Below are positions 46,330 to 56,594 of a stretch of DNA of 64,000 nucleotides, piece by piece (the stretch's first letter is position 1; every line of letters begins with the position of its first letter). The translations under genes and the position numbers were made by a program. This stretch comes from Clostridia bacterium (GTDB lineage: Bacteria > Bacillota > Clostridia > Oscillospirales > CAG-272), in contig JAFTIL010000025.1 of assembly GCA_017456905.1 (NCBI GenBank), positions 438-64,437 of the forward strand, in the 5' to 3' direction. The notes beneath the pieces were generated by a model. That model was not told where the DNA came from. It saw only the letters and a list, made by a program, of their open reading frames with translations, and made no database searches.

Positions 46330-47622
46330 ATGACGGATCGTATTCAAACGCTGCTGAACATGAACGGTGTCTGTGCCTGCGGGAAGATCCACCCTGTGTC
46401 CCTGCAGACGCTGGTGATGGAGCGTGGTGCCCTTGCCAAGATACCCGAGGCGATCCGTGGGCTGGGTAATTATACCCGCCTCGTCATGATCTGTGATGAC
46501 AACACCTATGCCGCCGCAGGTCAAACGGTGGAGGGGCTTTGCGCGCCGCTTTGGCGCAGAGAAGGGAAGAACTTTCAGACCGTTTGCTTGCACACCCCCG
46601 CTCACGGTCTCCGCGCTACCGAAACGGTGGTAAGTGAGGTCATGGCGTCCATGGAAGCGTGTGATCTCTTGTTGGCCGTGGGCTCGGGTACGATCCACGA
46701 TATCACCCGCTATATTGCCACCGAGTTGGGATTGGATTTCGTATCTGTTCCCACCGCCGCCAGCGTGGACGGGTTTCTGTCCTCCATCGCGGCCATGACC
46801 TGGCACGGTGTTAAGCGGTCCTTTCCAGCCAAGCCTCCCGTTGCCTTGATCTCGGACAGCGACGTGCTGGCGGCGGCCCCTTACGCCCTCACCGCTTCGG
46901 GCGTGGGTGATCTGTTGGGCAAGTATACCGCTCTCTTTGATTGGCGGGTGTCTCACATGGTTACGGGCGAATATATCTGCGAGCAGGTCATTTCTTTGGA
47001 AGAAGCCGCTCTCCGAGAGGTGCTGGCGTGCCAAGACGCGGTGGCCGCGAGGGATCCCAAGGCTGTGGAGACCGTCATGTACGGCCTTGTGCTGTCGGGT
47101 CTGGCCATGCAGATGGTGGGCAACTCCCGTCCTGCCTCGGGCTCGGAGCATCACGTGTCCCATCTCATCGAGATGGACGTGATCACCCGTGATAACCCCG
47201 CCTTGCACGGCGAAAAGGTAGGTGTGGCGGCGGCCTTGGTGGCCGAAAAGTACCACCAGATCTTATCCCTCTCTCCTGCCGCGTTGGATGTGCATGCCTA
47301 CACGAGCCTACCCGTTGACCGTATTCAAACGGTCTTTGGTGACCGCACCGACGAGGTGCTGGCCGCCGAAAATACCCCCGATCCACTTTGTGAGGCAGAC
47401 GCCACCAAATTGATGAACTTATGGCCTGAGATCAAGGTTTTGGCCGATCGGACCCTTCCCACAGGGGAAGAACTGCGCGGTCTGCTCTGTACCATGGGCG
47501 CTAAAGCCACTCTTTCGGAGATCGACCTTTCGGATGATCTGTGGAACACCTTATGGGAAGTCTCTCCCTATGTCCGTCGCCGCCTGACCTTTATGAGGCT
47601 TTGCAAGCTGATCGGACAATAA
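46330..47622 (+). CDS. iron-containing alcohol dehydrogenase superfamily, sn-glycerol-1-phosphate dehydrogenase (AraM/EgsA)-like
   Basis: AVGSGTIHDITRY, PTAASVDGF, ASGVGDLLGK and SGSEHHVSHLIEM motif order. Confidence 0.65.
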   Translation: MTDRIQTLLNMNGVCACGKIHPVSLQTLVMERGALAKIPEAIRGLGNYTRLVMICDDNTYAAAGQTVEGLCAPLWRREGKNFQTVCLHTPAHGLRATETVVSEVMASMEACDLLLAVGSGTIHDITRYIATELGLDFVSVPTAASVDGFLSSIAAMTWHGVKRSFPAKPPVALISDSDVLAAAPYALTASGVGDLLGKYTALFDWRVSHMVTGEYICEQVISLEEAALREVLACQDAVAARDPKAVETVMYGLVLSGLAMQMVGNSRPASGSEHHVSHLIEMDVITRDNPALHGEKVGVAAALVAEKYHQILSLSPAALDVHAYTSLPVDRIQTVFGDRTDEVLAAENTPDPLCEADATKLMNLWPEIKVLADRTLPTGEELRGLLCTMGAKATLSEIDLSDDLWNTLWEVSPYVRRRLTFMRLCKLIGQ

Positions 47623-47644
47623 TCTATAGAAAGAAGGAAAAAAC

Positions 47645-48355
47645 ATGAACAAGCAAATAGAGATCGGCATCATCGGTGCCATGAAGATCGAAGTGGACGC
47701 GCTCAAGGCCGCTATGACCGAGACGCAAACCCAAACTGTGGCAGGTATTGATTTTATCAGCGGAGAACTGCAAGGCCGCCGTGTGGTGGTGGCTCAATGC
47801 GGTATCGGCAAGGTTTTCGCCGCCGTGTGCGCTCAGACCATGATCCTCACCTATGCGCCCCGTGTGATCATCAACACGGGTGTGGCGGGTACGCTGACAA
47901 ATTGCCTCTCCATCGGCCAGGTGGCTTTGGCGGATCGTCTCGTTCAGCATGACATGGACACCACCGCCTTGGGGGATCCCGCAGGACTGGTTTCGGGCAT
48001 CAACGTGGTCTATTTTCCCACAGACCCCGAAGTGACCGCTTGTCTTTCCGCCTGTGTGGCCCACGAGGGGGTCAAGTCAGTGACGGGTACGATCGCATCG
48101 GGAGATCAATTCATCAGCAGTGCCGCCGTGAAGGCTCGCATCACCGAGACCTTTGAAAACTGCGTGGCTTGTGAGATGGAGGGAGCCTCCATCGCCCACG
48201 TTTGCTATATCAACAAAACTCCCTGCGCCATCCTGCGTGCCATTTCCGATGGCGGCGACGAAGAGGCTTCCGATGACTACCCTACCTTCTGTAAAAAAGC
48301 GGCGGATACCGCCATCCGCGTGCTCATGCGCTTTCTGCGTGCCTGGCAGGGATAA
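47645..48355 (+). CDS. mtnN: 5'-methylthioadenosine/S-adenosylhomocysteine nucleosidase
   Basis: IGIIGAMKIEV..., GIGKVFAA, VACEMEGASIAHVC, AILRAISD. Confidence 0.85.
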   Translation: MNKQIEIGIIGAMKIEVDALKAAMTETQTQTVAGIDFISGELQGRRVVVAQCGIGKVFAAVCAQTMILTYAPRVIINTGVAGTLTNCLSIGQVALADRLVQHDMDTTALGDPAGLVSGINVVYFPTDPEVTACLSACVAHEGVKSVTGTIASGDQFISSAAVKARITETFENCVACEMEGASIAHVCYINKTPCAILRAISDGGDEEASDDYPTFCKKAADTAIRVLMRFLRAWQG

Positions 48356-48379
48356 ACTCCAAGGAAAGGAAGAAATTTT

Positions 48380-48994
48380 ATGAAACGTGCTCGATCGTAT
48401 TTTCTTTTCGCCCTGTTGTTGGCGCTATTCTTGCTTGTAACTGTGTCGTGCGGCGTTCCCGAAATGCCCGATGGTACTGACGATCCCATCGGCCCTGCGG
48501 GACCTGCGGCGGGTACAGAGATGGAGGAAATCTCCCATGACCACGATCACGACCGTGAGACGGAGGCCTCCCCTGTTACTTACGCCCCCGATTTTGAAGT
48601 GCTGGATAAGGACGGCAAAACCGTCAAGCTGTCCGACTTTCGCGGCAAACCTGTGGTGATCAACTTCTGGGCTACCTGGTGTCCTCCCTGCAAGGCGGAA
48701 TTGCCTGACTTTAACGAGGCTGCTACCACCTACGCCGATGACGTGGTATTCTTGATGGTCAATCTGACCGACGGAGCGCGGGATACCGTTTCGGGTGTCA
48801 AGACGTTTATGTCCGCTAATGACTACACCTTCCCCGTGTACTTTGATACCACCTATAGCGCCGCCAACGCTTACCGCGTTTCTTCCATCCCCATGACCTG
48901 TTTTGTTAGTGCCGAGGGTGTTTTGGTGAAGCAACAAGTGGGTATGATCTCGGCTTCAGCTTTGGAGGCGGGCATTCAGCAGATATTAAACTGA
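48380..48994 (+). CDS. TlpA/ResA-like thiol-disulfide oxidoreductase lipoprotein
   Basis: Lipobox VTVSC and the thioredoxin motif WATWCPPCKAELP. Confidence 0.8.
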   Translation: MKRARSYFLFALLLALFLLVTVSCGVPEMPDGTDDPIGPAGPAAGTEMEEISHDHDHDRETEASPVTYAPDFEVLDKDGKTVKLSDFRGKPVVINFWATWCPPCKAELPDFNEAATTYADDVVFLMVNLTDGARDTVSGVKTFMSANDYTFPVYFDTTYSAANAYRVSSIPMTCFVSAEGVLVKQQVGMISASALEAGIQQILN

Positions 48995-49040
48995 TCATAA
49001 AATCAAGGCCGATCGGGCGTATGCTCGGTCGGCCTGTTTT

Positions 49041-50540
49041 TTAATTGTGGGGCGCTCGCCCGTAAAGCTCTGTCAAGCCCTTGATTTCTCTTGATAACGA
49101 TTGATTTGTACTGCCTGCCCTCACCCGCCAGCGCCAGTTGCCGCTTGACGTGGAGGGTGTGTTGATACGGGCCTCGTCATCAAGACCGAGATAGTCCTGC
49201 AGAGGAATGATGCACAGCTTGGCAGGGCTTTTCATGAGCAGGGAAATCAAAGCTTTGGGCAGAAGATGCTGGGGAGTGTACCAATCGTTGAGATAACCAC
49301 GCACCTGGTCCCGCTCTGCGTCGGTAATGGTGGCCAGCCAGGAGATGAGGGTCTGGTTATCGTGGGTTCCTGTATACGCGATACAATTCTCCCCGTAATT
49401 ATGAGGCAGATGCTCTCCGCGCCCACCCGTGTCCCGTGCGTCAAAGGCAAATTCAATGACCTTCATGTTGGGAAAGCCCGTGTCTTTTACGAGACGGCGT
49501 ACAGACTCAGTCATAAATCCCAGATCTTCGACGATGATCTCCCGATGGCCGAGGGCGGCTTCTACTGCTGAAAAGAGTGTCATGCCGGGGCCTTTTTCCC
49601 AATGGCCGCTATGGGCGTCGGGAGCACCGTAGGGAATAGAGAAATATTCGTCAAAGCCTCGAAAATGGTCAATACGCACCACGTCGTAGAGGCTGAAGCT
49701 GTGCTTGAGCCGTTCGCACCACCAGGCGAAGTGGGTTTGTGCATGATAAGGCCAGGCGTACAGGGGATTACCCCATAGCTGGCCGTCGGGGGAGAAGCCG
49801 TCGGGCGGACAGCCCGCTACCGCCGTGGGGCGCTTATTTTCATCCAACTGAAAAAGCTCGGGGCAGGTCCAAACGTCGGCACTGTCGTGGGCTACGTAAA
49901 TGGGGATATCGCCGATGATGCGTATGCCCTTACCGTTGGCGTAGGCCTTGAGGTTTTGCCATTGATGATGGAAATGAAATTGGAGAAAGAGGTGATAAGC
50001 TATCTCGTCCCGAAGCTGTTTGCGCGCTTCATCCAATGCCTGTGGGTCGCGTTGACGGAGAGGATCTTCCCATTCATACCAAGGTATCCCTCCGTGAGAG
50101 GCTTTGAGTGCGGCAAAGAAAGCATAGTCCCCAAGATGCGGATGGGCGTTTTTGAAATTCTCAAGCTCAGATGCCATAGACTCACGGCTTTGCTCAAAGG
50201 CGCGGCGAAGCAGGCGATAGCGGTGACGGTATTGCCGCTCGTAATCTACGAAATGAGGGGAGGCCTGCAGGTCTGCTTGGTTACATTCCTCCCGTGTGAG
50301 AAGACCTTTTTCTATGAAGGCTTCAAGACTGATATATAACGGACTGCCCGCAAAGGTGGAGAAGGCTTGGTAGGGCGAATCTCCGTAGCACGTAGGGCCC
50401 AAAGGAAGGATCTGCCAGTAGGATTGCCCCGCTTCTGAGAGGAAATCTACAAAACGATAAGCTTCGCTGTCAAAGCAGCCGATGCCGTAGGGGGAGGGAA
50501 GGGAAAAGACGGGCAACAGAATGCCTGAACTTCTGTTCAT
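49041..50540 (-). CDS. malQ: 4-alpha-glucanotransferase (amylomaltase)
   Basis: N-terminal SGILLPVFSLPSPYGIG, IRIIGDIPIYV and VRIDHFRGF are typical of GH77. Confidence 0.9.
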   Translation of the reverse strand: MNRSSGILLPVFSLPSPYGIGCFDSEAYRFVDFLSEAGQSYWQILPLGPTCYGDSPYQAFSTFAGSPLYISLEAFIEKGLLTREECNQADLQASPHFVDYERQYRHRYRLLRRAFEQSRESMASELENFKNAHPHLGDYAFFAALKASHGGIPWYEWEDPLRQRDPQALDEARKQLRDEIAYHLFLQFHFHHQWQNLKAYANGKGIRIIGDIPIYVAHDSADVWTCPELFQLDENKRPTAVAGCPPDGFSPDGQLWGNPLYAWPYHAQTHFAWWCERLKHSFSLYDVVRIDHFRGFDEYFSIPYGAPDAHSGHWEKGPGMTLFSAVEAALGHREIIVEDLGFMTESVRRLVKDTGFPNMKVIEFAFDARDTGGRGEHLPHNYGENCIAYTGTHDNQTLISWLATITDAERDQVRGYLNDWYTPQHLLPKALISLLMKSPAKLCIIPLQDYLGLDDEARINTPSTSSGNWRWRVRAGSTNQSLSREIKGLTELYGRAPHN

Positions 50541-50573
50541 GAATGATAGCTCCTTTTCTGTGGAATGGTCGGG

Positions 50574-52229
50574 TCAGGTCTCGGAGGTGGTGTGAGACTC
50601 GCTCAAGTTCAGCTTGCGCACAGTATCGCGGAGTCTCAGGACATAGGCTGGGGAGACGGAAAGCTCGTCGATGCCCATACGGAGAAATTCCTCGGTAAGA
50701 GATGTGTCAGCGGCCAACTCTCCGCAAATGCCGATCCAAGCGTCGTGGGCATGGGCATTTTGGGCCGAAAGGGCGATCAGCCGAAGAATGGCCTCGTGAT
50801 GTGTGTCGCAAAACTGTTCGATGTGGGGGTTTTGCCTGTCGCAAGCCAAGGTGTATTGGGTTAGATCATTGGTACCCATGCTAAAAAAATCCACCAAGGG
50901 GGCCAACTTGTCGCTGATGATGGCGGCAGCGGGGGTTTCGATCATGATGCCCAGCTCCACTTCGGAAGAATATTTTTTTCCTGATAAGGACAACTCCCGT
51001 TTGACCTGCTCGCAGATGGCAAGACAAGCCTCCAGCTCGGAGACGCTTGTGATCATGGGGAACATGATGCCCAGTTTGCCGAAAACTGAGGCGCGATACA
51101 GGGCGCGGAGCTGGGTCTTGAATACCTCGGGACGAGTCAGACACAAACGAATGGCGCGAAGCCCCAGGGCGGGGTTTTCTTCTTTTTCAAGACCGAAATA
51201 ATCCGCCTGCTTATCCGCACCGATGTCCAGAGTACGGATGATGACCTTTCGGGCAGGCATACTCTCAAGAACCCTTTTATAGACCTTGAATTGTGTTTCC
51301 TCGGAGGGATAGTCCTGACTTTCAAGATACAAAAACTCGCTTCTGAAAAGCCCGATGCCGTCGGCGTCGTTGAGAAGCACCGCACCGATGTTGTCTGCTG
51401 AGCCGATGTTGGCGTAAATATGGATACGCCTGCCGTCCAGGGTCACGTTTTCCTTGCCCTTCAGCTTTTGGAGCAACTCTCGTTTTTCGGCTTCCGTCCG
51501 TTGCTTTTCCCGCGCTTCACTCAGGGTCTTTCCGTCGGGGTGCAGGATAAATTCTCCTGAATGACCGTTGGCGATGGCTAAGTCACCATCCTTGATATGA
51601 TTGAGAAACTCGTCCCCTACACCGATAATGGCGGGAATGCTCATGTTTCTGGCCAAAATGGCGGTGTGGGAGCTGTAAGAGCCATGGGCTGTGACGAAGG
51701 CCAACACCTTGTTTTTGTCCAGAGAGACGGTTTCGCTGGGGGCCAGGTCATCGGCGCAGATAATGACGCCGCCATCCATCATGGGCTCGTCTGTCTTGTT
51801 GTGAGTCAGACAGGTAATGAGACGGTTGGAGATGTCGCGGATATCAGCGGCCCTTGCCCGCATATAGGCATCCTCCATGGCGGAGAACATTTCTGCGAAA
51901 TTTTCAGCAGTGGCTGCCACGGCGTATTCGGCGTTGACCCGTTGAGCGCTGATCATCCCCGTGATGGCCTCGTTGAAATCCTCGTCTTCTACCATCATGA
52001 CGTGGATGGAAAAGATTTGTGCGTTGGACTCCCCCACCTCAATGAGTGCCTTGTCATATAAGGCCTCTAACTCTTGAATGGCTTGTCGCTTGGCCGCCTC
52101 AAAGCGTTCAAGCTCTGTGCGAGGATTTTTGATCCTGTCCCGCTTCACAGGCAAATGGGAGCGCTTGAATACGGCGATCTTGCCCGCGGCTATGGCCCCG
52201 TATACGCCTTTGCCCCTGTATATCGTCAT
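50574..52229 (-). CDS. ptsI: phosphoenolpyruvate-protein phosphotransferase (PTS enzyme I)
   Basis: GSYSSHTAILARNMSIPAI (active-site His) and FFSMGTNDLTQYTLA. Confidence 0.9.
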   Translation of the reverse strand: MTIYRGKGVYGAIAAGKIAVFKRSHLPVKRDRIKNPRTELERFEAAKRQAIQELEALYDKALIEVGESNAQIFSIHVMMVEDEDFNEAITGMISAQRVNAEYAVAATAENFAEMFSAMEDAYMRARAADIRDISNRLITCLTHNKTDEPMMDGGVIICADDLAPSETVSLDKNKVLAFVTAHGSYSSHTAILARNMSIPAIIGVGDEFLNHIKDGDLAIANGHSGEFILHPDGKTLSEAREKQRTEAEKRELLQKLKGKENVTLDGRRIHIYANIGSADNIGAVLLNDADGIGLFRSEFLYLESQDYPSEETQFKVYKRVLESMPARKVIIRTLDIGADKQADYFGLEKEENPALGLRAIRLCLTRPEVFKTQLRALYRASVFGKLGIMFPMITSVSELEACLAICEQVKRELSLSGKKYSSEVELGIMIETPAAAIISDKLAPLVDFFSMGTNDLTQYTLACDRQNPHIEQFCDTHHEAILRLIALSAQNAHAHDAWIGICGELAADTSLTEEFLRMGIDELSVSPAYVLRLRDTVRKLNLSESHTTSET

Positions 52230-52247
52230 GGGAATATCCTTTCTGTG

Positions 52248-52505
52248 TCAGAGATTGTTTTCAAAAAAGGTGCGGATGGCCGCGAGAGAGGCCTCCTCGT
52301 CGCCGTCGCTGACAGTCACGGTCACAGTATCCCCACATCGGACACCCAGCCCCATGACTGAGAGGAGTCTGTCGGCGTTAACGGACTTGCCCTCCTTTTC
52401 AAGGACGACACGGCTGTCGGTGCTTTTGACAGCTTTGACCAAAAGGCCTGCGGGACGCGCATGGATGCCGAGGGGGTCTTTGATGGTGTAAGAAAACGTT
52501 TTCAT
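52248..52505 (-). CDS. ptsH: phosphocarrier protein HPr
   Basis: 85 aa. GIHARPA with His-15. KSVNADRLLSVMGLG with the regulatory Ser. Confidence 0.9.
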   Translation of the reverse strand: MKTFSYTIKDPLGIHARPAGLLVKAVKSTDSRVVLEKEGKSVNADRLLSVMGLGVRCGDTVTVTVSDGDEEASLAAIRTFFENNL

Positions 52506-53353
52506 ATGAGTACCTCGATTTCATGTGATGATGGGTGGATGTCCACGAGTACCCCGAAGTGATCCGATACCACGGGTTCGTTTTCTCCGTTGAAGACAAC
52601 GCGAAAGGAAGATACCCTGCAGGGGAAATTACAAAAGATATGGTCCACTCGGGCTCCTTCTGCGGGGAGGTCACGGTGCGTCCATCCCGCGATCCTGCCA
52701 CTGACGGTGATACCGTTGTCCCTGACAGAAGCTGCTGTATAAGTGTCTGTCCAGCCGTCTCGGGTCACGAGATCATACCCCTCACCTCTTGTCTCGGCAG
52801 GGCTGTTGAAGTCTCCCATAAGAAAGACTTGCCCCCGTCTCGCCATATGGGCGTTGACCTTAGCCCATTGCGCGGGAAAAGGCTCTTCAGGATCGTCCCA
52901 CCAACCCAGGTGGATGCTGTAAAACCAAACGTCACCCACCCGTGCGCCCAGGAGCTTGCGGGTCTTCCAGTTTTTGTAGTCGTTTACACGGCTGATTCTG
53001 ACTGTGTCGGTGGCCTCCATAGGGGCGCGGCTCAGAATCGCCACCCCTTCGTCGTAGTGAAGGTAGCCGCGCTTGATGGGAAGCCAGGTCCAATGATAAA
53101 CAAGGTCAAAGGCATGGAGCCCCTCGGCCACCGCGAGTGCATGGTTGCCCTCGCGTATAACAGCCGATGGGTCACACGAGATATAGGCCCCGAGCTTGTC
53201 CTTGGGGACGGCCGCCACATTTTGCTTTTGGTTGACCTCCTGCAAAGCTATGACGTCAGGACGCTCGCGGGAGACCGCCACGATAAAATCAGACAGCTTT
53301 TGCCTGTAGTTATCCTCTATGAGACTATGCGTGTTCAGGGTGAGCAGCTTCAT
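52502..53353 (-). CDS. endonuclease/exonuclease/phosphatase-family protein, MapP-like sugar-phosphate phosphatase candidate
   Basis: MKLLTLNTHSL...DVIALQEVNQ...SDHFGV are EEP motifs. Sits immediately downstream of a glucose/maltose-family EII gene, as for Enterococcus MapP. Confidence 0.6.
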   Translation of the reverse strand: MKLLTLNTHSLIEDNYRQKLSDFIVAVSRERPDVIALQEVNQKQNVAAVPKDKLGAYISCDPSAVIREGNHALAVAEGLHAFDLVYHWTWLPIKRGYLHYDEGVAILSRAPMEATDTVRISRVNDYKNWKTRKLLGARVGDVWFYSIHLGWWDDPEEPFPAQWAKVNAHMARRGQVFLMGDFNSPAETRGEGYDLVTRDGWTDTYTAASVRDNGITVSGRIAGWTHRDLPAEGARVDHIFCNFPCRVSSFRVVFNGENEPVVSDHFGVLVDIHPSSHEIEVLI

Positions 53354-55513
53354 AGGATATCGTTGATGTCGGATTTCAAAATATCTGCCTTGGGGCCGTA
53401 CACCGCCTGTACGCCTTCTCCCTTTTTGAGCAGGCTGAGTGCGCCCTCTGCCTTCCAGGCATCCTCGTTGGCTACCTTGGCGGGGTCTTTTACCGTGACG
53501 CGGAGGCGGGTCATACAGGCATCCACCAAGACAATGTTTTCCCGTCCGCCGAGAAGGGAAACAATGCGCTCTGCCTGGTTGTCATCGCTTCCTGACGTTC
53601 CTGCGGGGCGGTCATTGGTGGTGCCACCGTCGGAATTATCCTTCATATAGTTGCCGAGGCGTCCGGGAGTGGCGTAGCGGAACTTGCCGATCATGAAATA
53701 GGCCACGAAGTATCCCACGATAAAGAAGGCGATGCAGCTAATGATAAAATTCAGAATATCCATACCCAACCCTGCGTTCAGAGACATGGGGACACGGGTG
53801 AGGAACTCCACGTTGCCGAAGGAATGAAGCCGCAGGTCAATGACACCCGACAGGGCGAAGGCAAGGCCTTGCAGAAGGGCGTAAACGATATAGAGGGGCA
53901 GGGCGCAGAACATGAACATGAACTCCAAGGGCTCGGTAACACCTGTGAGGAACACGGCCAGCGCCGCCGAGAAGAACATGGAGCGGTAGGCGCGGCGCTT
54001 GTCCTTGTCCACACGGCGGTACATGGCCAGACCGATGCCCAGAAGCAGACCCGACGCGCCGATCATCTGCCCCACCTTGAAGCGAGCGGGGGTGACAGAG
54101 GTCAAAAGAGATTGATACGCCGCCGTATCTCCCGCGTTTTTGAGGTTGATGAGGTCGGTGATCCAGGCCAGCCACAGCGGATCTTGGCCGTACACCACCG
54201 TTCCCGCATTTGCGCCTGTGAGAATCTCGTAGGTGCCGCCGAAGGAGGTGTAGTTCATGGGGATGGTCAGCATATGATGGAGACCGAAGGGAAGGAGCAG
54301 ACGCTCCAGAGTGCCGTAAATGAAGGGCGCGAGGACGGGGGCTGTATCGGCGGAGTTTGCGATCCAGATACCGAAATTGTTGATACCCGTCTGAATGAGA
54401 GGCCATACCACCGCCAAGACGAGAGAGACGACCACCGACCAGCCGATGACCACAAGCGGCACGAACCGCTTGCCATTGAAAAAGGACAGCGCATCGGGGA
54501 GCTTTCGGAAGTTGTAAAATTTGTTATAGACGATGCCCCCGAGAAATCCCGAAATGATACCCACGAACACGCCCATGTTCAGGGCGGGAGAGCCGAGCAC
54601 CGAGGTGAAGTAGTTTTCCACTAACATTTCTTGACCGAAGATTGAGTGGGTCACAGCCGTAGGGTCTGCCAGCATGGCTGAGGAGACGCCGAACACCGCA
54701 CCTGTGATGTTATTGATGAGAATAAAGGCCAACAGCGCCGCAAAGGCACCGCCTGCCCGTTCCTTGGCCCAGGAGCCGCCGATGGCCACGGCAAAGAGAA
54801 TGTGGAGGTTGCCGATGATGGCCCAACCGATGTTTTCCAGCACGCTGCCCACGGTAAGGGCGAACTGGGCATCACCGCCCGCCATGGCGATGAGCTTACC
54901 GATACTGATCATGAGTCCCGCCGCGGGCATGACGGCGATCACCGTCATCAGCACCTTGCCAAGCTTTTGAAGCAAATCGAAGCTGGCGCCTCTGCGTGAT
55001 CTTTTCTCTTTTTTGTCGGGCTTGTCTGATGTTTTTGGGGGTGTGGGAGTCTCGGTTAAGGTCAAAAGCACGTCGCCTGCTTTGATATCCCCTTCGGCGG
55101 CTGACAGCGTTGTTCCCTCGCTCACGTCTGTGACAATGACGGGAGTGGTGAGATCTATTCCCTTGGCTTTGAGAAGAGAAAGGTCTATGTCGGCTATGGG
55201 GTCTCCTACCTTGACTTGATCCCCCACCTTGACTCGTGGGGTGAAGCCCTCGCCTTTGAGTGTGACGGTTTCCAGACCGAAATGAACGAGGATCTCGGTG
55301 CCGTCCTCGGCGGTAAAGCCGTAGGTGCTTGGTCTCGGCGATGGAGGAGACGGTTCCGCTAACAGGGCTCAAGAGCTTTCCGTCGGTGGGGAGGATGGCA
55401 CAGCCGTCACCCAGCACACGGGTGGAAAATACCTCGTCGGGGACCTTGTCGAGGGGGATGATCTTGCCGTTCAGCGGGGAACGGACGGGGGATTTCTTTT
55501 TTATTTGATCCAT
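53350..55513 (-). pseudogene. PTS EIIA-EIIC-EIIB (glucose/maltose family) transporter gene interrupted by a frameshift near 55324
   Basis: The EIIA N-terminus (MDQIKKK...SSIAETKH) is in one frame. YGFTAEDGTEILVHFGLETV..., the EIIC helices and the EIIB segment (DACMTRLR) continue in another frame. Confidence 0.7.
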
Positions 55514-55740
55514 GATTGTTTCGCGCCTCGGGTCGTGACGAGGCATCCTTTCCAAAGAGATGATGGCGGTCTGAAAACCCTTTTTATCTATTATGATTGC
55601 CCGATATCCGTGATGTATTCTACATGAGCCTGCGGGAAATTATTAAATTTCATGAAGAATTTGGCGCGAACATTGACTTTTTCATACTACCGTGTTAAGA
55701 TGGGGACAAGCTGAATTGGCTTTGAAAGGATGAGTGGGAT

Positions 55741-56511
55741 ATGGAGCTTTGGACAAGTGAGCATATAAAGACCCTGTTACCCGAGATTGGCGTGATGATC
55801 GTCTTGGCGGTGATCTTGCGGTTATGGCTGGGTAAAAAAGACCTGTCGGTGCGTATGATCCCTTTGCAAATCGTTGCGTGCCTGCTGTTGCTTTTGGAGA
55901 TCGGCAAGCAGACGGTATCTCTTGTCAAGGGGTATAATCTGTACCATCTTCCCTTTCATTTCTGCTCTCTGTTGCTTTTGGCTCTGCCTGTGATGGCTTT
56001 TTATCGCGGTAAGCATCGGCAGGTGGTTTACGGTGTGGTCTCGGCGCTATGCGCGTCTGTTTTTCTTCTGATGGCCATCTATCCCAATCTGATCTATCCT
56101 GCCGGGGACGTTCAAAACTTTTTTAACGGATATTTTCATTTCCATACCGTTGTCTTTCACAATCTGGCCATGTTTTCATTTATGCTGATCGTGGCGCTGG
56201 ATCCCCAGGGAACGGTCAATACCAAGCGTGAGGTCAAGGCTTTGTCGGTCTTTGTTGCGGGCTTCGGTGTGGTGGCGGCCACTATGGCTCATCTTCTCAA
56301 AACCAATTATGCCAATATGTATACCTGCAATATACCCGTGCTTGAGGAATTGCGTAAAACAGTTGGGGAGGCGATCGGTACAGTACCTACCCAGATTTTG
56401 TACGTGACCATCGTGTGTGTTCTGCAGATCGGCTTTACGCTCATGGCCTATTGGTTTTATCGGCTGGTGAAATATCTGCTGAACGGTACACGGAAAGAGC
56501 ATGATGCTTGA
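55741..56511 (+). CDS. polytopic integral membrane protein (YwaF/TMEM164-like)
   Basis: 256 aa with about 7 TM helices. TTGACT-17-TAAGAT promoter-like sequence upstream. Confidence 0.55.
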   Translation: MELWTSEHIKTLLPEIGVMIVLAVILRLWLGKKDLSVRMIPLQIVACLLLLLEIGKQTVSLVKGYNLYHLPFHFCSLLLLALPVMAFYRGKHRQVVYGVVSALCASVFLLMAIYPNLIYPAGDVQNFFNGYFHFHTVVFHNLAMFSFMLIVALDPQGTVNTKREVKALSVFVAGFGVVAATMAHLLKTNYANMYTCNIPVLEELRKTVGEAIGTVPTQILYVTIVCVLQIGFTLMAYWFYRLVKYLLNGTRKEHDA

Positions 56512-56594
56512 AAAATTCCGCAATTCCTTTTAAGGGGTTGCGGATTTTTCTTATATATGTTATAATGGTAAAAAACAAAGAAAGGCGGTGTTCT

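Noticed and set aside
46243-47256. 337-aa minus-strand ORF
   Set aside because: It is antisense to the G1PDH-like dehydrogenase gene. The translation is Arg/Gly/His-rich shadow sequence.
52535-54624. 371-aa and 266-aa + strand ORFs
   Set aside because: They are antisense to the EEP-family and PTS EIIC genes, whose products carry clear family motifs.
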